In this document: piece by piece, positions 24,521 to 37,566 of the stretch
Numbering within the stretch: position 1 is the stretch's first letter
How the letters are laid out: every line of letters starts with the position of its first letter
DNA from: Octopus sinensis
Taxonomy: Eukaryota
Direction: 5' to 3'
Assembly (NCBI RefSeq): GCF_006345805.1
Contig: NW_021835957.1
Span: 32,265-96,264, forward strand
DNA: 64,000 nt
Position numbers and translations under genes: made by a program
The notes under the pieces: model-generated
The model's database searches: none
What the model was told of the DNA's origin: nothing
The model's input: the letters and a program-made list of their open reading frames with translations, nothing else

Positions 24521-27107
24521 CTGTTAAATATACAAGGGGAATAACTTGAATAGTTGCAGTTATCAGAACAAAACAATAACAACAAAATATATCTGCTTAG
24601 AAGGAAAAAATAAAACCCACAAGAATTAGAAAATATTAACCCTTTTTTCTTTTAAGGCTCACTATCAGCATTACAATACTGATATTTTTAAAGACAACTC
24701 TGTAAAGTCACACACTGGTTTTCAGCAACATGTTTGACAAAGTAAAATTTAAACTGACAATTTTATGAATAAACCAGTCAAAGACATTCCTACATTTAAT
24801 ACAACCACTAAACCCTTCAAATAAACTCCATGTGCCCTCAGTACAAGGTTTTCACTATGCATACAGGTTAACACATAAAACGATCCAGTTTCACTTAGCT
24901 GCTTCATTAAGCAAGTCAGCCTGCCAGTGGCCACTAGACAATGAATTATATCTCTTAGCCAGTCCCTCAGCAACATGACATGACAGCTAAGCAGTAAACA
25001 CTCAGTTAAAAAATAACTAACATAGTCATAGTTAATCTGACCATCCAAATTCAATGTTAAGAAATTTTTAATAGATTCACTTCCAATTTGTCTGAAACTA
25101 CCTTCTTTCATTAATACATAAAAGGGACAGCGAATTGTTTGAGCAGTCATTTTTATATAACTATCACCTTCATTTTAACTTGAGTGTGTACACATGAAAC
25201 AGAGCTCCTGCTGGGCTAAACCTATAATCCATTTGAAAAGTAGCTATTTTATTTACATTACTCATGAGCTGAGGAAAGGCATGAACATTTCAAGTTACCA
25301 TTTCATGTTTTTGAAAATCGATCAGATTAATTAGAAAATATACTGAATACAAATGTATTAGGATATGCACAATATGAATCCTTGCAAATTAGTTTTTCTA
25401 ATCAACGGGGGTTTTTTTTTTTTTTTTTTTTCTCAGAAGCTTAGTCAGAGAGGGAAATGTCAATGACCATTTTCGAAGCTCCCACTTCCAAGTGCTAAGT
25501 GATGTTGATAAACTGACGATGGACTGGTATTAGCTTCTAGGTAATTTTTTAAAGTTTAATTCTATAGCTGTCTATATTCTTATAAAGATAGAGGTTTATA
25601 ATTATTCTATACTAGTTTAGATGCTGAATTAGAATTTCAATGCATTTGTTTCTGCAGTAAAGCAAGTTTTCTAAAGCTACATATCATATAATAATTATGT
25701 TCCAAACATAAAACAAAGAATATAAATTTTAAAAATTGAGTTTAAGGAATGCATAAATCTATTTGCAAGTGTAGAAACCATTATCCTATATTTAGAATAA
25801 ATGTTTATATCATTAATTATAGTTGCATAGCTACAAATTGAGGGGAAAGAATAGTCAAATCAACCCCAGTAGTTAACAGGTGCATGTTTAAATCAACAGC
25901 AGCAGCAAGATTGTATAAGGATGGGACTAAATTCTGCAAGATTCATTTTGAAGGAATGTTATTGATGATAATAGAAATAAATTGAACTATTGCTTTTGAT
26001 TCACCCTGGATTAAAATGCACTTCGTTTCATGCTTGAAACCAAATTTTCCAGAGACTTTAGCATGAGAAATTATTAATCATTCTTCACATACCTACACAT
26101 TTCTATGGGCTGATGCAGCAAGAGTGGCCCAGGATCTTGCTAGCATGTAAAATTAAGAAGAGATTTCCCCAAGGGCTAAATCAACAGTAATAGCAATATG
26201 TCTAAAGTACATTTTGGATAATGTTTACCATAAGAAAGTAATATACTTTTACTAGTTTCAGTCATTTGACTACTTCAACTCACTTAAGGTCTAGAGTGAC
26301 TCACAGCTATGGTAGAAAACAACCTGCCTAGCATGCCTTGTAGAAAATGAATATGGAAGGCGATGTGAACTTTTTATCCAGTTGGTCAGTGTTTTGATTA
26401 AGTAGACCTATAGTCAGAGGCATTCAACCATGATCATACCAATGGCTTAAAGATATGTAGGACTTCATTATCCAATGTGTTCTTTTCTTTTCTAAGACAG
26501 TAAAGTGTAATTTTAGAGAAATTTGGCTGCTATATGCAGCAAATCAAACAATCATATAGGAGACCTCTCTGTTGAAACTGGTAGTACAAACAGGTCCATT
26601 CTATAAATGCATTTTTACAATTCTGTTGTCAATTTTTACTTAAGATATTTCCAACAGCATTTATTAACATTTGATAAAAAAAGTTTTTTTCAAATATTCA
26701 CAAAAATTGAAGCAGTAAGCAGTAAGAAGTATTTGCTAATTTTTTGCATGCCCTAAATGAACTAAAGATTTAATTAAGATGTAAGAGTGGAGACAGTTAG
26801 TACCATAGTTGGGATTTATTGGGTGTAGAAAACAGGAATAAACCACAGAACTTAAAATGATGGTTTAGTAAGCAGAAATAAAATACAGCAATCATGTAGC
26901 CAAACCAAGCTAACAAACCCATTACAACTACCTAACCATACTAAAATGGATGCAGCTGTATTCTTAGATATTCACTCCCAAAGCTAGATGAAGTTTTACT
27001 AACTGATGAAAAGATAATTAGGTTGATTGAGACAGAATATCTTCAAAATTTAGACCCATAGTTAATTCTGATAAAAATTCATATTCAAACAACAGGAGAT
27101 GATCATT

Positions 27108-27328
27108 TTAACCCATTAGCATTCAGATTACTCTGTCAAATGCAACACTTATCCATTGACATGTTTGGAATTAATCATGCATTATCTCATAGCTCAGATT
27201 TCGATATGATTATTTAGTTTCAGAACAACATCGAAGGTAGATGTGAGAGGCTGGATCTGTTTGGTTTGAACATAAAACAGGTAGAATATTTAAGCCAGAC
27301 ATAGCTGGTTTAAATGCTAATGAGTTAA
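27108..27328. mobile_element. piggyBac-like MITE (TTAA|CCC.TTAGCATT...AATGCTAA.G.G|TTAA); copies at 50763-50980, ~33401-33810 (interrupted by an RTE tail) and ~18500-18630 (partial)
   Basis: TTAA target sites, short TIRs and a shared ~220-bp body. Confidence 0.75.
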
Positions 27329-27501
27329 AGAAACTGTTAATATTAACATTCCATTCCCAACCCTCTTTAAACGATCTCAAAGGGAATTAAATGTGTGTGA
27401 ATACGACTACACACTAGTTGGAAGCCTTAAGCTAAATCTGAAAATGTATTTTAAATAGAACAGCAATGAAAATAAAAAAGCTGGTTAACGGCTAAGCTTA
27501 C

Positions 27502-27617
27502 CATTTGAGCTATGCCCCTATTTGTCATTATGTAACGTGCATGGATCAAACCATACAGCATCTCAGCAGCTTGCTCAATCAAATCACTTTGGTTTGGATT
27601 ATCTTCAAGTTCATCAT
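27502..27617 (-). CDS. CSNK2B: CK2 beta canonical exon 4b ([39 protein letters not shown])
   Basis: 116 nt, phase 1 to 0, tatacag|...ATG|gtaagc. Also in the ORF track (27451..27636). Confidence 0.97.
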
Positions 27618-29121
27618 CTGTATAAAGATAAATCATTTACAGCCATCAACTCTCGCCCAACCAATTCCGATCAACAAACCCTGCAGAAACAATTACTGCG
27701 CACGGTGTGTGTGTGTGTGTCTGCGTATGTGTAATAAAAAATAAAACAGCAAAAAAAGAAAAAGGAATTTTGGAAACGGATGCAAACTTGCAAAATTCAT
27801 ATTTAAAAATAAATAAAAAAATAAACACCACTACAAAAATTATAACCAGAAATTGCGGAGGAGAGGAAAAACACACAACTCCTTTAATCATATCTAAATT
27901 CTCTAGATAAAAAAAGCCATGCCTCTAATGGCAATAAAATATATTGAATTGCAGTATATGACATTCAAGATTCTCAGGACTAAGTAATTGTCATGATTTT
28001 TCTAATCAGTTGATTAGTTATTAGTTAGTTCATGTATTATCCATACTTCTTATATCTAGTTACTAAATCTACATCATCATAATCATTTTAACACCCTCCC
28101 TCTCTTTTCCATGCGTGCATGGAGTTTGAGGCAGGTGTTCTATAGCAGGACGGTCTGTTTGCCACTAATTCTCACCCATTTCCAAGCAAGACATGTTTTC
28201 ACAGAATGACACTGCTTACATGATGGTGACATTCATTTACAACCACCACACAATGTCAAGACAAGGACACATGTAATCACATTTCGAATCAATCATTCAC
28301 TGTGGTCCTGTACTTTTGGTTTTCGTTTGCTTTCTTCCACAGTACGTAAATTTCCTAACTAAAGTTGGTCTGTTATCAAGATTGAAAAAAACCTTCAGTT
28401 GTTGCATCTTCAGTGCCTACATACAACAACACATATACATATATATACAATGGGTTTCCTTCAGTTTCCATCAACCAAATCCACTGATAAGGCTTCGGTT
28501 GGCTCAGAACACTTGCCTAAAGTGCCATGCAATGGGACTGAATTCATAACCATGTGGTTGGGAAGCAAGTATTTAAAACTCAAATGGCTTTAAGATCTTG
28601 CAATTGGTCAGTTAATCAAACATCTTCAATTTTCTCAGACTATTAGAATCCTTTTGCTAAAGAAAATACATGTGTCATAGAAAATGCCACTTCCTTAAAA
28701 TATGTATTTATCTGCTACATAATTCTGCAATATCCTAACTGCCAACTGTTGAAGCACCTATCACCTGCATCAATTTCATACATCTTGATTAATGGTTCTA
28801 ACTAATCATAAGCTAGAGGCAAACCCTTCATCTCAGATGCAATGCAATAAATTATATAAATATGAGACACTAAAACATATTCTATTTCAGTCTAAAGACA
28901 GCAGTAAAATTTAGCTGTCCTAAATATTATCTTCAGATTTTCCCCCTCTCCTTCCATGAAACAATTATAAAGTCAGACAGAAAAACAAACACACTTGAAG
29001 GCAGTTCAAATTGAGAATGTCATATTATGCAAGGTGTGAGACAAGAACAACAAATTTCTTTTGAAAACAAAATGAACATTCCATCAGACAGGGTCATGGC
29101 AGGAAGCAGACAAATTCTTAC

Positions 29122-29235
29122 CATAGTACTGAGACCAGCATTTGTTTAGGATATATCTAGCATGAATCAGTCCATAAAGCATGTCAGCAGCCTGCTCCAG
29201 CTGGTCTTTATTAACGCAGTCATCCCCATCATCGT
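29122..29235 (-). CDS. CSNK2B: CK2 beta duplicated exon 4a ([38 protein letters not shown] with one extra A removed); candidate mutually exclusive exon
   Basis: Acceptor ttttcttgtgttag and donor ATG|gtaaga. The core EQAA(D)[11 protein letters not shown] is homologous to exon 4b. It is 114 nt as assembled and 113 nt if the CTAAACA run is corrected. Confidence 0.8.
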
Positions 29236-31562
29236 CTAACACAAGAAAACAGATCTTCACAGTGAAGAAGCTTGGACAGATACAATGTGATAATAGAGTT
29301 TACACAAGCTATTAACAGCCAGCAGTCACACTTAAATTAGAACATATACAATCACAATACAATTTCAGTAAAAATTAGTTCTGAAAACTATCACATTTTC
29401 ATTTGCTTTGCAATTAAGAACATGACAGTCATAGAAAACTTACCTATTTCTTTTGGTTAGTACATTCGTGTTAGTGAAGGAGTATACACTGCCTAAATTT
29501 GTGAAGGTAGCAACTACTCTATTCTCTCTCTTACTTTTTCCTGAATGTCTTTTTTTTTTCTAAACAAGGAAGCTCATGTGCCCTGATTAGAAGCGAGTTC
29601 TGATGTTATGAACAGGACTCTTGGTCCTTTTTAACATTAAGATGACTGTATGGAGGTGCAAATAAATTCTAAACTATGGACAAAGCACGTTTGTCCATCC
29701 ATATATGTATACTGCGACACTAAAACGAAGTTACCTCCCTTCTATACTATAACTTCACAAACACATGGAAATATATTTAAAACATCTCAACTATATTTTC
29801 ATGTTCTTTCCCGAATGCAAAGCGACATATTTCTCATGAAAATGGACTGCATTTGAAACTAATGTAAAAGCTTTGTGCATTATCACATCCAAGATCTGCT
29901 GTGCTGAAGTGAATTAGGAATGCAACAATCTCTGCTAATTTCTTATGCAAGCTCAAAGTGCAAATATTACAACAGTTTATCTGTGAGAGAAATGCTGACT
30001 GATGTCACAAGAAAGCCATCACAACAAAGGAATACAATGTGCAAACCACTGTAAACTTATCTCCTAAACATAAAATATTTAATGATTGACATTTACAGAG
30101 ACATCAAATTTATTAGATTAATACTAGTAAGGAACTGTTTTGATCTCACCAAAAGCTACTGGTTTTACTAATAACCAGTCAACTGTAATGATATATTTTT
30201 ATACAACAGGAATAAATGCTGGCATGGCTATATGGTTAAGAAGTAAACTACATTTTACTGTTCATTCCCATTGTGTGGGTACTGTCAGTGTTTTCTACAG
30301 ACATGGGTTGATCAAGCATTGTGAGTGAAGTTGGTAGATGGAAACAGTGAGAAACCCATTCCATATACATGTGTACTTGTGAGTGTGTCTTCCCCTGTCT
30401 TAACAGGTATACACTAATTGAAAAAAAAGTCATCATTCATATAGCATCATTTGTTTACAATATATCCAAGTAAACATGCCAAGCCATTGAGTTGTTCAAT
30501 GTTGAAGTAAGATGGGGAAAATGTTACTTTCCTCAAAAACAGAAGAGTGCTGGTAATAGGAAGAGCATTTGGCCACAGAAAATCTACCTCAAACAAGTTA
30601 CATCTGCCCCATGCAAGTATAGAAAAGTGGAGGTTAACACGATATTGAAAATTGCATCTCTCCTGCAGCTGATGCTTTTGATATTTTAAATCTAATTAGC
30701 AACTAATTTCTCTGATTTAGAGAAACCTCATTATACTTGCTTAAAGTTCAAACTGAATAACCAGATGAATTTTTATCTCCAGTTATAATATTTCTATATT
30801 TCTGTTTTTTTTTGCAATGTCTCATGGTCAAAAGTATTCCATGATATTGAATGGTCTTAATGCAATAAGCGCTTGTATATACTAGTCACCACATTCAGAG
30901 TCTGCAGTTAAAGAGTTCAGATCAAACTTTGATCAGATTGATCTGATACCTATCCTCAGCTGTAGGCTTAAGCTGTGTCACAACAAAGTAAAAGGGTTTT
31001 GATACAAAACACAACAAAAATAAGTAACATTTTAAAAGATTTTGTTAAAGCAGAGCAAGGTAGCACCCATGAAATTTTTGCAGGGTTTCCAAAACTGGCA
31101 AAGAAAGCACCCACGTGTTATCTTCAGATTGGAGACCTTAACTGAATGTTTACAACATAGTAGATGAAAAGGTAATAAAGGGGTGAAACGGAGATGAATT
31201 AGTTCTATTGAATTTCACTGACAAGGCTTGGAACGACTCAAGGCTATGAAAGAAGCCACTTGTCCAATGTACTGTGCAGGGGGATTGAACTGGGAACTTC
31301 TTAACCATAAAGTCATTCATATCCCCAAGTGCACCTAGTTGAATATCTTGATCATTTTGTCATATCATCATCATCATTTAGTGTCTGCTTCCATGCTGGC
31401 ATGGACTGGACAGTTCGACTTAAACTAGTAAGCCGGAGAGCTGCACTAAGTTCCAGTCTGGTTGGATGCCCTTCTGACACCAACCATTCTAAGAGTATAA
31501 AGGATGTGTCTCACAAAAAAAAAAAATTTAAGAATCAAAACAAAAGCCAATAGATTGAGTAC

Positions 31563-31665
31563 CTGGCTCAAGGTCTAATATCATATCCAGAGCCTGCCTA
31601 TAATGAGGGACTTGTTCATTGAGACCTGTTAAGTTGAATTTGTCTTGAATATAATCTTCATCAAC
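31563..31665 (-). CDS. CSNK2B: CK2 beta exon 3 ([34 protein letters not shown])
   Basis: 103 nt with cag|...G|gtactc boundaries. The translation matches the conserved CK2 beta sequence. Confidence 0.97.
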
Positions 31666-34600
31666 CTGCAATAAATAAATAAAAGATTAATTACACAAAT
31701 TACATGCTAAGAAAGTAAATAGCAAAGGTATGTATCATAGTAATAGCACTAATTGTAGAAATGTACACTGACTCTTTCAGCGATAACTGAATGTATGCTA
31801 GCAAATAGTTATTAATAGAATTAGTAGAACAGAGAACACCAAAGTACTGCTACTACAATAAGATTATTGATATTGGTATTTAACCCCAGGTCAACCCTAA
31901 GTAAGAAGGGAAATAAGTGGTCGAATTCATTCAAGCTACAGCCATATTCTTTTCAAGCTGTGTATTTAAAATCACACAAACCAATGTATCCGTTTTTAAG
32001 ATGGTAGATACAAATTGAAAGAGATTTGACTGCTATTTCTCACAAATATATCAATTACATAAAAAGTCCTAACACCTAACTTCACAGTAAAATATACAGT
32101 CTTGTTTCTATATATTAACAATAACCTACACAACATTGGTATCCTATGAATTGTGTCAGTCATGTGTTTGTTTTTTTTAATTATCATTGTTTTAATGTCC
32201 ACTTTTCCATGCTTGCACTAAATTTGTGAAGGCAGATTTTTCTATGGCCAGATGCCCTTCCTGCCGCCAACACTCACCTGTCTCGAAGATATTATTTCTC
32301 CAAGACCAGACATGTTTTCATGAAAAATTGGAAACAAAGGACACTGCATGCATAATAGCAATACTCGTTACAGCTATCATATGAAATCTAGGCAAGAAGA
32401 CAGTAAACACACTGTGAATGTGTGTGTGTGTATATATATATATATATCATCGTTTAACGTCCGTTTCCAATGCTAGCATAGGTTTGACTGGAGGTCTGGG
32501 AAACCCGGAAGCTGCACCAGGCTCCAGTATGATTTGGTAGTGTTTTCTACAGCTGGATAAACTTCCTAACGCCAACCATTAAGAGTGTAGTGGGTGCTTT
32601 TTACATGCCACTAGTATCTACCACGTTTGGATGATATAAAATGGGCTTTTCCAGTTCTCATCTACTGACAAGGCTTTGGTTAGCCGGGGTTATAGAAGAC
32701 ACATGTAAAAGGTGCCACACAGAGACTGAATCTGAAACTTCTTACCTCACAGCTATGCTCATGCCTACGTTTTGTTACATTTATTGAAGGAGCCATTAAC
32801 AGTTTGGGGAGAAAAATGTGAGATGATGATGACTTGTTAACAATGAAACTGGTAGGCTTGATCCTCATTCCAAGCTGCCAAAAGTTCCCTATGGTCCTAA
32901 TTTTTAAAAATGGAGATTCAATGCAGATTGATCATGGTTAGAATGCCTTTTGATCATAGATCTAATCCATCAGAACAGACCAGGAGCAGAATAACATCAC
33001 TTAACAGCCAGTTTTCAACGAGTCAGACTGAATTTGTTGAAGCAAATTTTCTATGATCAGATACCCTTCCTGTTGCCAGTTCTCACCTGCTTCCACAGTT
33101 TCCATCAACCAAATTCAAGAACAAAGCATTGGTCAGCCCAAGACTTTGTAGAAGCTACTTGCCCAAGGTGTTGAACAGTAGAACTAAACCCAAAACCACA
33201 TAGCAATATATGCTTTTCATGGAAAAGATTCCCAGATCCTTGAGTAATTGCTTAGTGTTTCCAATTTATATTGGACCTTGGATTGTTATACAGCAAACTA
33301 TTTACATAACATGGCATCTAACAGAGCAAGATTTGAATTTTCTTTTTAAAGTTTGTCTATAAATCAGCTGTAAATTGCATAATTGTTGTTTTTTTGTTTC
33401 TTAACCCTTTAGCATTCAGATTTCTTTCTTCAATTTATAGCTTATTTATTCACATTGTTTTGAATTAATCAGGCAAAATCTTGTAGCTTCAAGATTTCTA
33501 TATGATTGTATATGCCAAAAATGACCCCGCCTGTGCTGGTGCCATGTAAAAAGCACTCAGTCCACTCTGTGGCGGGCGGGCTGTCTGGTGTTAGGAAGGA
33601 AGGAAGGGTATCCAGCCATAAAAACCATGCCAAAACAGACACTGAAGTCTGGTGCAGTCTTCTGCCTGGCAAGCTCTTGTCAAACCACCCAACCTATGCT
33701 GTTGAACCATGATGCTTGTAGGGGTGGTGTGAGAGGTTGGTTCTGGTCAGTTTAAACTTATAACAGGTAGAATATTTGGACCAGATATGGCTGATTTAAC
33801 TGCTAAAGGTATATATTATTGAAAAACCTGTTAGATTTATGCACAATAGTGTTGAGGATTCCACTCTTTCGATCATCATATTTCCAGACTGTGAGTGTCT
33901 TTCTCATTTCAGCCACTGGATTGTGTTCATGCTGGAGAGTACTTCTTTGAACAGTTCAATTAAAAAAATCATCCCCAGCACATATTTTTTTAAAGCCTGG
34001 TACTTATTCTATCAGTCTACATTGCTGAACTGCTAAGCTATGGGGATATAAACAAATCAACACCAGCTGTTAAGTGCTGTGTATGTGGGAAACAAGCAAA
34101 CACAGACACACAAAGTTTCTGCCTATCAAATTAATTCACAAGGCTTTGGTTGACTTGGGTTATCGATGAAGATACTCACTCGAGGTACCACGCAGTGGGA
34201 TTGAACCTAAAACCATGCCTGCTTGCATACTTTCTTTTCACACATTCCCAACGGCATGAAAGGAAAGCAAATATACTCATATTTGAAGACATTTTCACTA
34301 AAGGATAGACATATATAAAGAAAAGATTTATAAAGCACTGACATATTGATAATTTTTTTTCTTCTTTTAACTTGAATGCAAACAATGTCAAGAGTAGTGC
34401 TGGCTGCAAGTGACGGCGTTTAATAAAGAACAGTGAAGCACAATGAAAATGCTGAACAATGGATTTGCTGGACTATGGATACCAGATTAATGGAACTTTT
34501 CTGTATACAGGGCACAAACTTGGACACGTGACCAAGTTTGCTTTGTGACCATGTGGTTTGGGTTTAGTTCCATTGTGTAGCACCTTGGGCAAGTGGCTCC

Positions 34601-35227
34601 TACAAAGACCAGTGAGTGAGTGAATACGGTAGATGGAAACCATGTTATATATGTGTATGTGTGTGCCTCCCTGCCACTGCTGCTTCACAACCAGTGTTGG
34701 TTCATGCCTTCATAAAGTGGCTCGGCCTGAAACACCCCTGTACATAACTCCATGTCCCCCTACACGGTCTTGCTTTTTGCTTTTTTGAGCCAAAAAATTA
34801 ACTTAACCTAACTAATAAGTACTAGACCAATAAAAAAAAATATACAAAAAGTGGGTTTGATGTGTTCAACTAAAACCTTTTGATGCTGTGCCCCAGCGTG
34901 GCCACAGTCCAATGACTGAAATAAGAAAAAGCTATGTACATAAAAGGTGTTGAGTGAAACTGACAGCCAGTTCTTAAATTACACCAAGAGCGACCCAGAG
35001 TTCTATTATTAAACAGAGACCTGTACTAACATGACTATTTTAATGACCTCATTAATTGCTGTTGCTATTTACGTATTCATATTTGGAAGCCAATCCCAAT
35101 CCAGGTTGTTTGTTAATTTGGTATAGATTCTTTTAATTTCTATTGGTTTCAGTACTGCTTTTTCTCACATTGTTATTTATCATTCAGAATTCACAAGAGT
35201 TTTAAGTAAACATGTTATTTTTATCTT

Positions 35228-35445
35228 TTATTTTACTTGTTTCAGTCATTGGACTGCAGCCATGCTGGGGGCACTGCCTCGAAGAATTTTAGTCAAAGGA
35301 ATCAACCCCAGTACTTATTCTAACTTTTTGCTAAACTGCTAAGTTACAGGGATGTAAACAAACCAACAACAGTTGTCAGGTGATAGTAAATGCATAAAAC
35401 ACAGTTTCCTTCAACCGAGTTCACTCACAAGGCTTTGTACAGTCT
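35228..35445 (-). mobile_element. Diverged partial copy of the same SINE
   Basis: Tail TTGTTTCAGTCATTGGACTGCAGCCATGCTGG. Confidence 0.7.
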
Positions 35446-35497
35446 GAGACTATAGAAGATGCCCAAATGATATTAAAAAGGCAACATCCTTTTTTGG

Positions 35498-35669
35498 CGC
35501 AGGAGGGCTGTGTGGTAAGTAGCTTGTTTACCAACCACATGGTTCCGGGTTCAGTCCCACTGCATGGCATCTTGGGCAAGTGTCTTCTGCTATAGCCCCG
35601 GGCCAACCAATGCCTTGTGAGTGGATTTGGTAGACGGAAACTGAAAGAAGCCCGTCGTATATATGTATG

Positions 35670-35704
<35 letters not shown>

Positions 35705-35905
35705 ACGTACGTGTTTGTCCCCCTAGCATTGCTTGACAACCGATGCTGGCGTGTTTACGTCCCCGTCACTTAGCGGTTCGGCAAAAGAGACCGATAGAAT
35801 AAGTACTGGGCTTACAAAGAATAAGTCCCGGGGTCGATTTGCTCGTCTAAAGGTGGTGCTCCAGCATGGCCGCAGTCAAATGACAGAAACAAGTATAAGA
35901 GTATC
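35498..35905 (+). mobile_element. Young full-length copy of the same SINE in CSNK2B intron 2
   Basis: Near-identical (reverse complement) to 2606-3007. Confidence 0.88.
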
Positions 35906-36522
35906 TTAATTATTTTTCAGTTAGTTCTATAGCTATTTTTTTTTCTATTGTATTTTATAGAGCAATTATAAATAAATTTGACTAAACTCCCTTTTCCCCA
36001 CACATCATTTAATATTCTTTTCTACTCTAGCACAAAGCCAGAAATTTTTGGGGAGGGGGCCAGTTGATTAGATTGACCCCAGTACACAACTGGTACTTAA
36101 TTTATCAACTCCAAAAAGGATGAAAGGCAAAGTTGTTTGCTGTGAAATTTGAACTCAGAATAAAAGAAAGATGAAATACCATTAAGCATTTCACCCAGCG
36201 TACTAATGTTTCTGCCAACTCACCATCTTAATATTGATAAGTGAATGTATATTATACATGAAACCAGAGTATAACTCATCATACGTCAGGTAGCTTTGAG
36301 AGTGTACTTTCGCCACCAAGAGTAATAACAAGAATTATGTCATACACAATACAATAATTACAAATTAACTTTCATCAAATTTCTTGGTACTTATAATAAA
36401 ATAAATATTTAGTTTCAAAAGAAAAATATCTTAAATTCCAAATTTCTCGTTTGAATAACTTCTCCAACTACTGCCATTCACTTCCTCTCCTCCAGTCTGA
36501 TTCAATCTCTCTCACTATTGTG

Positions 36523-36556
<34 letters not shown>

Positions 36557-37496
36557 ACACACACACACATACATATAGATGACCGTTCTTTTACTCATTG
36601 CCTGCCACCAAACCTCTTATGCGCACATATCCTGCACCTTATAACTTACCTCTCTCTATCTTTTTTGCTCTCCTCGCTTTCTCTATGAGGGTGTAAAGCA
36701 TGACCGGAGAAATCAATCAACTATTATATCTGCTATTATTATATCAAACTCCTTACCACCAAAAGATTTCATTGCTCAAAGTTATGCCTGGGTCATCATC
36801 ATCATTTAACGTCCGTTTTCCATGCTAGCATGGGTTGGACGGTTTTGACTGAGGGCTGGCAACCAGATGGCTGCACCAGACTCCAGTCTTGATCTGGCAG
36901 AGTTTCTAACGCCAACCACTCCGAGAGTGTAGTGGGTGCTTTTCACGTGCCACCTGCACAGGGGCCAGTCAGGCGGTACTGGCAATGACCTCGCTCGAAT
37001 GGTGCCCTTTTACGTGCCAGTTGGTTGCTCTGGCAACGATCACGCTCGGATGGTGTTCTTGGCACCCTACTAGCACAGGCATAAGTGCCAAAGTACGATA
37101 CAAATGAAAAACTTCTCTTATTAGAAATTATTTCATCACAGGAATCTCTCGCCTTGCATATGTGTAAAAATGTTTTTTCTACCTTGTTTGGCACCAGGGC
37201 CAACCCTGAACAAGCAGACCTATAATCAAAAACATTATCACGAAAATCCTGGGTTTTTTTCTCGTGTTTAAAAAAAAAAATTAACAAGAAATGGCGGTGC
37301 CCCAGCATGGCCACAAGCTCATAAGCTGAAAATAGAATCAATCAATCAATCAAAACTACATTATCCAGTAAGTCATGTTTTAAAATGGGTGATTTAAAAG
37401 AATTACTAATGAGCACCCACAGAGATGCGCATAATTTTCTAAAATATTATTGTTAAACAAATTAACAAAGAATGACAATAGATCAGCTCTACTTAC

Positions 37497-37566
37497 TTCG
37501 CAAAAGAACTCATTTCCTCGCAATCCACAAAACAGGAAATCCAAGAGACTTCTCTGAACTACTCAT
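37497..37566 (-). CDS. CSNK2B: Casein kinase II subunit beta, first coding exon ([24 protein letters not shown] once two missing G residues are restored)
   Basis: Acceptor ttcag|GATCTGAT ATG (exon starts at 37574) and donor GAA|gtaagt. It is 70 nt against the expected 72: GAGAAG instead of GAGGAAG and TCCTGTTTTGT instead of TCCTGGTTTTGT. Confidence 0.93.

Noticed and set aside
29444-29492. 49-nt micro-exon or recursive splice site ending AG|GTAAGT
   Set aside because: The length is not frame-compatible, the sequence before the AG is purine-rich, and there is no homology. It is kept only as part of the ACUAAC motif observation.
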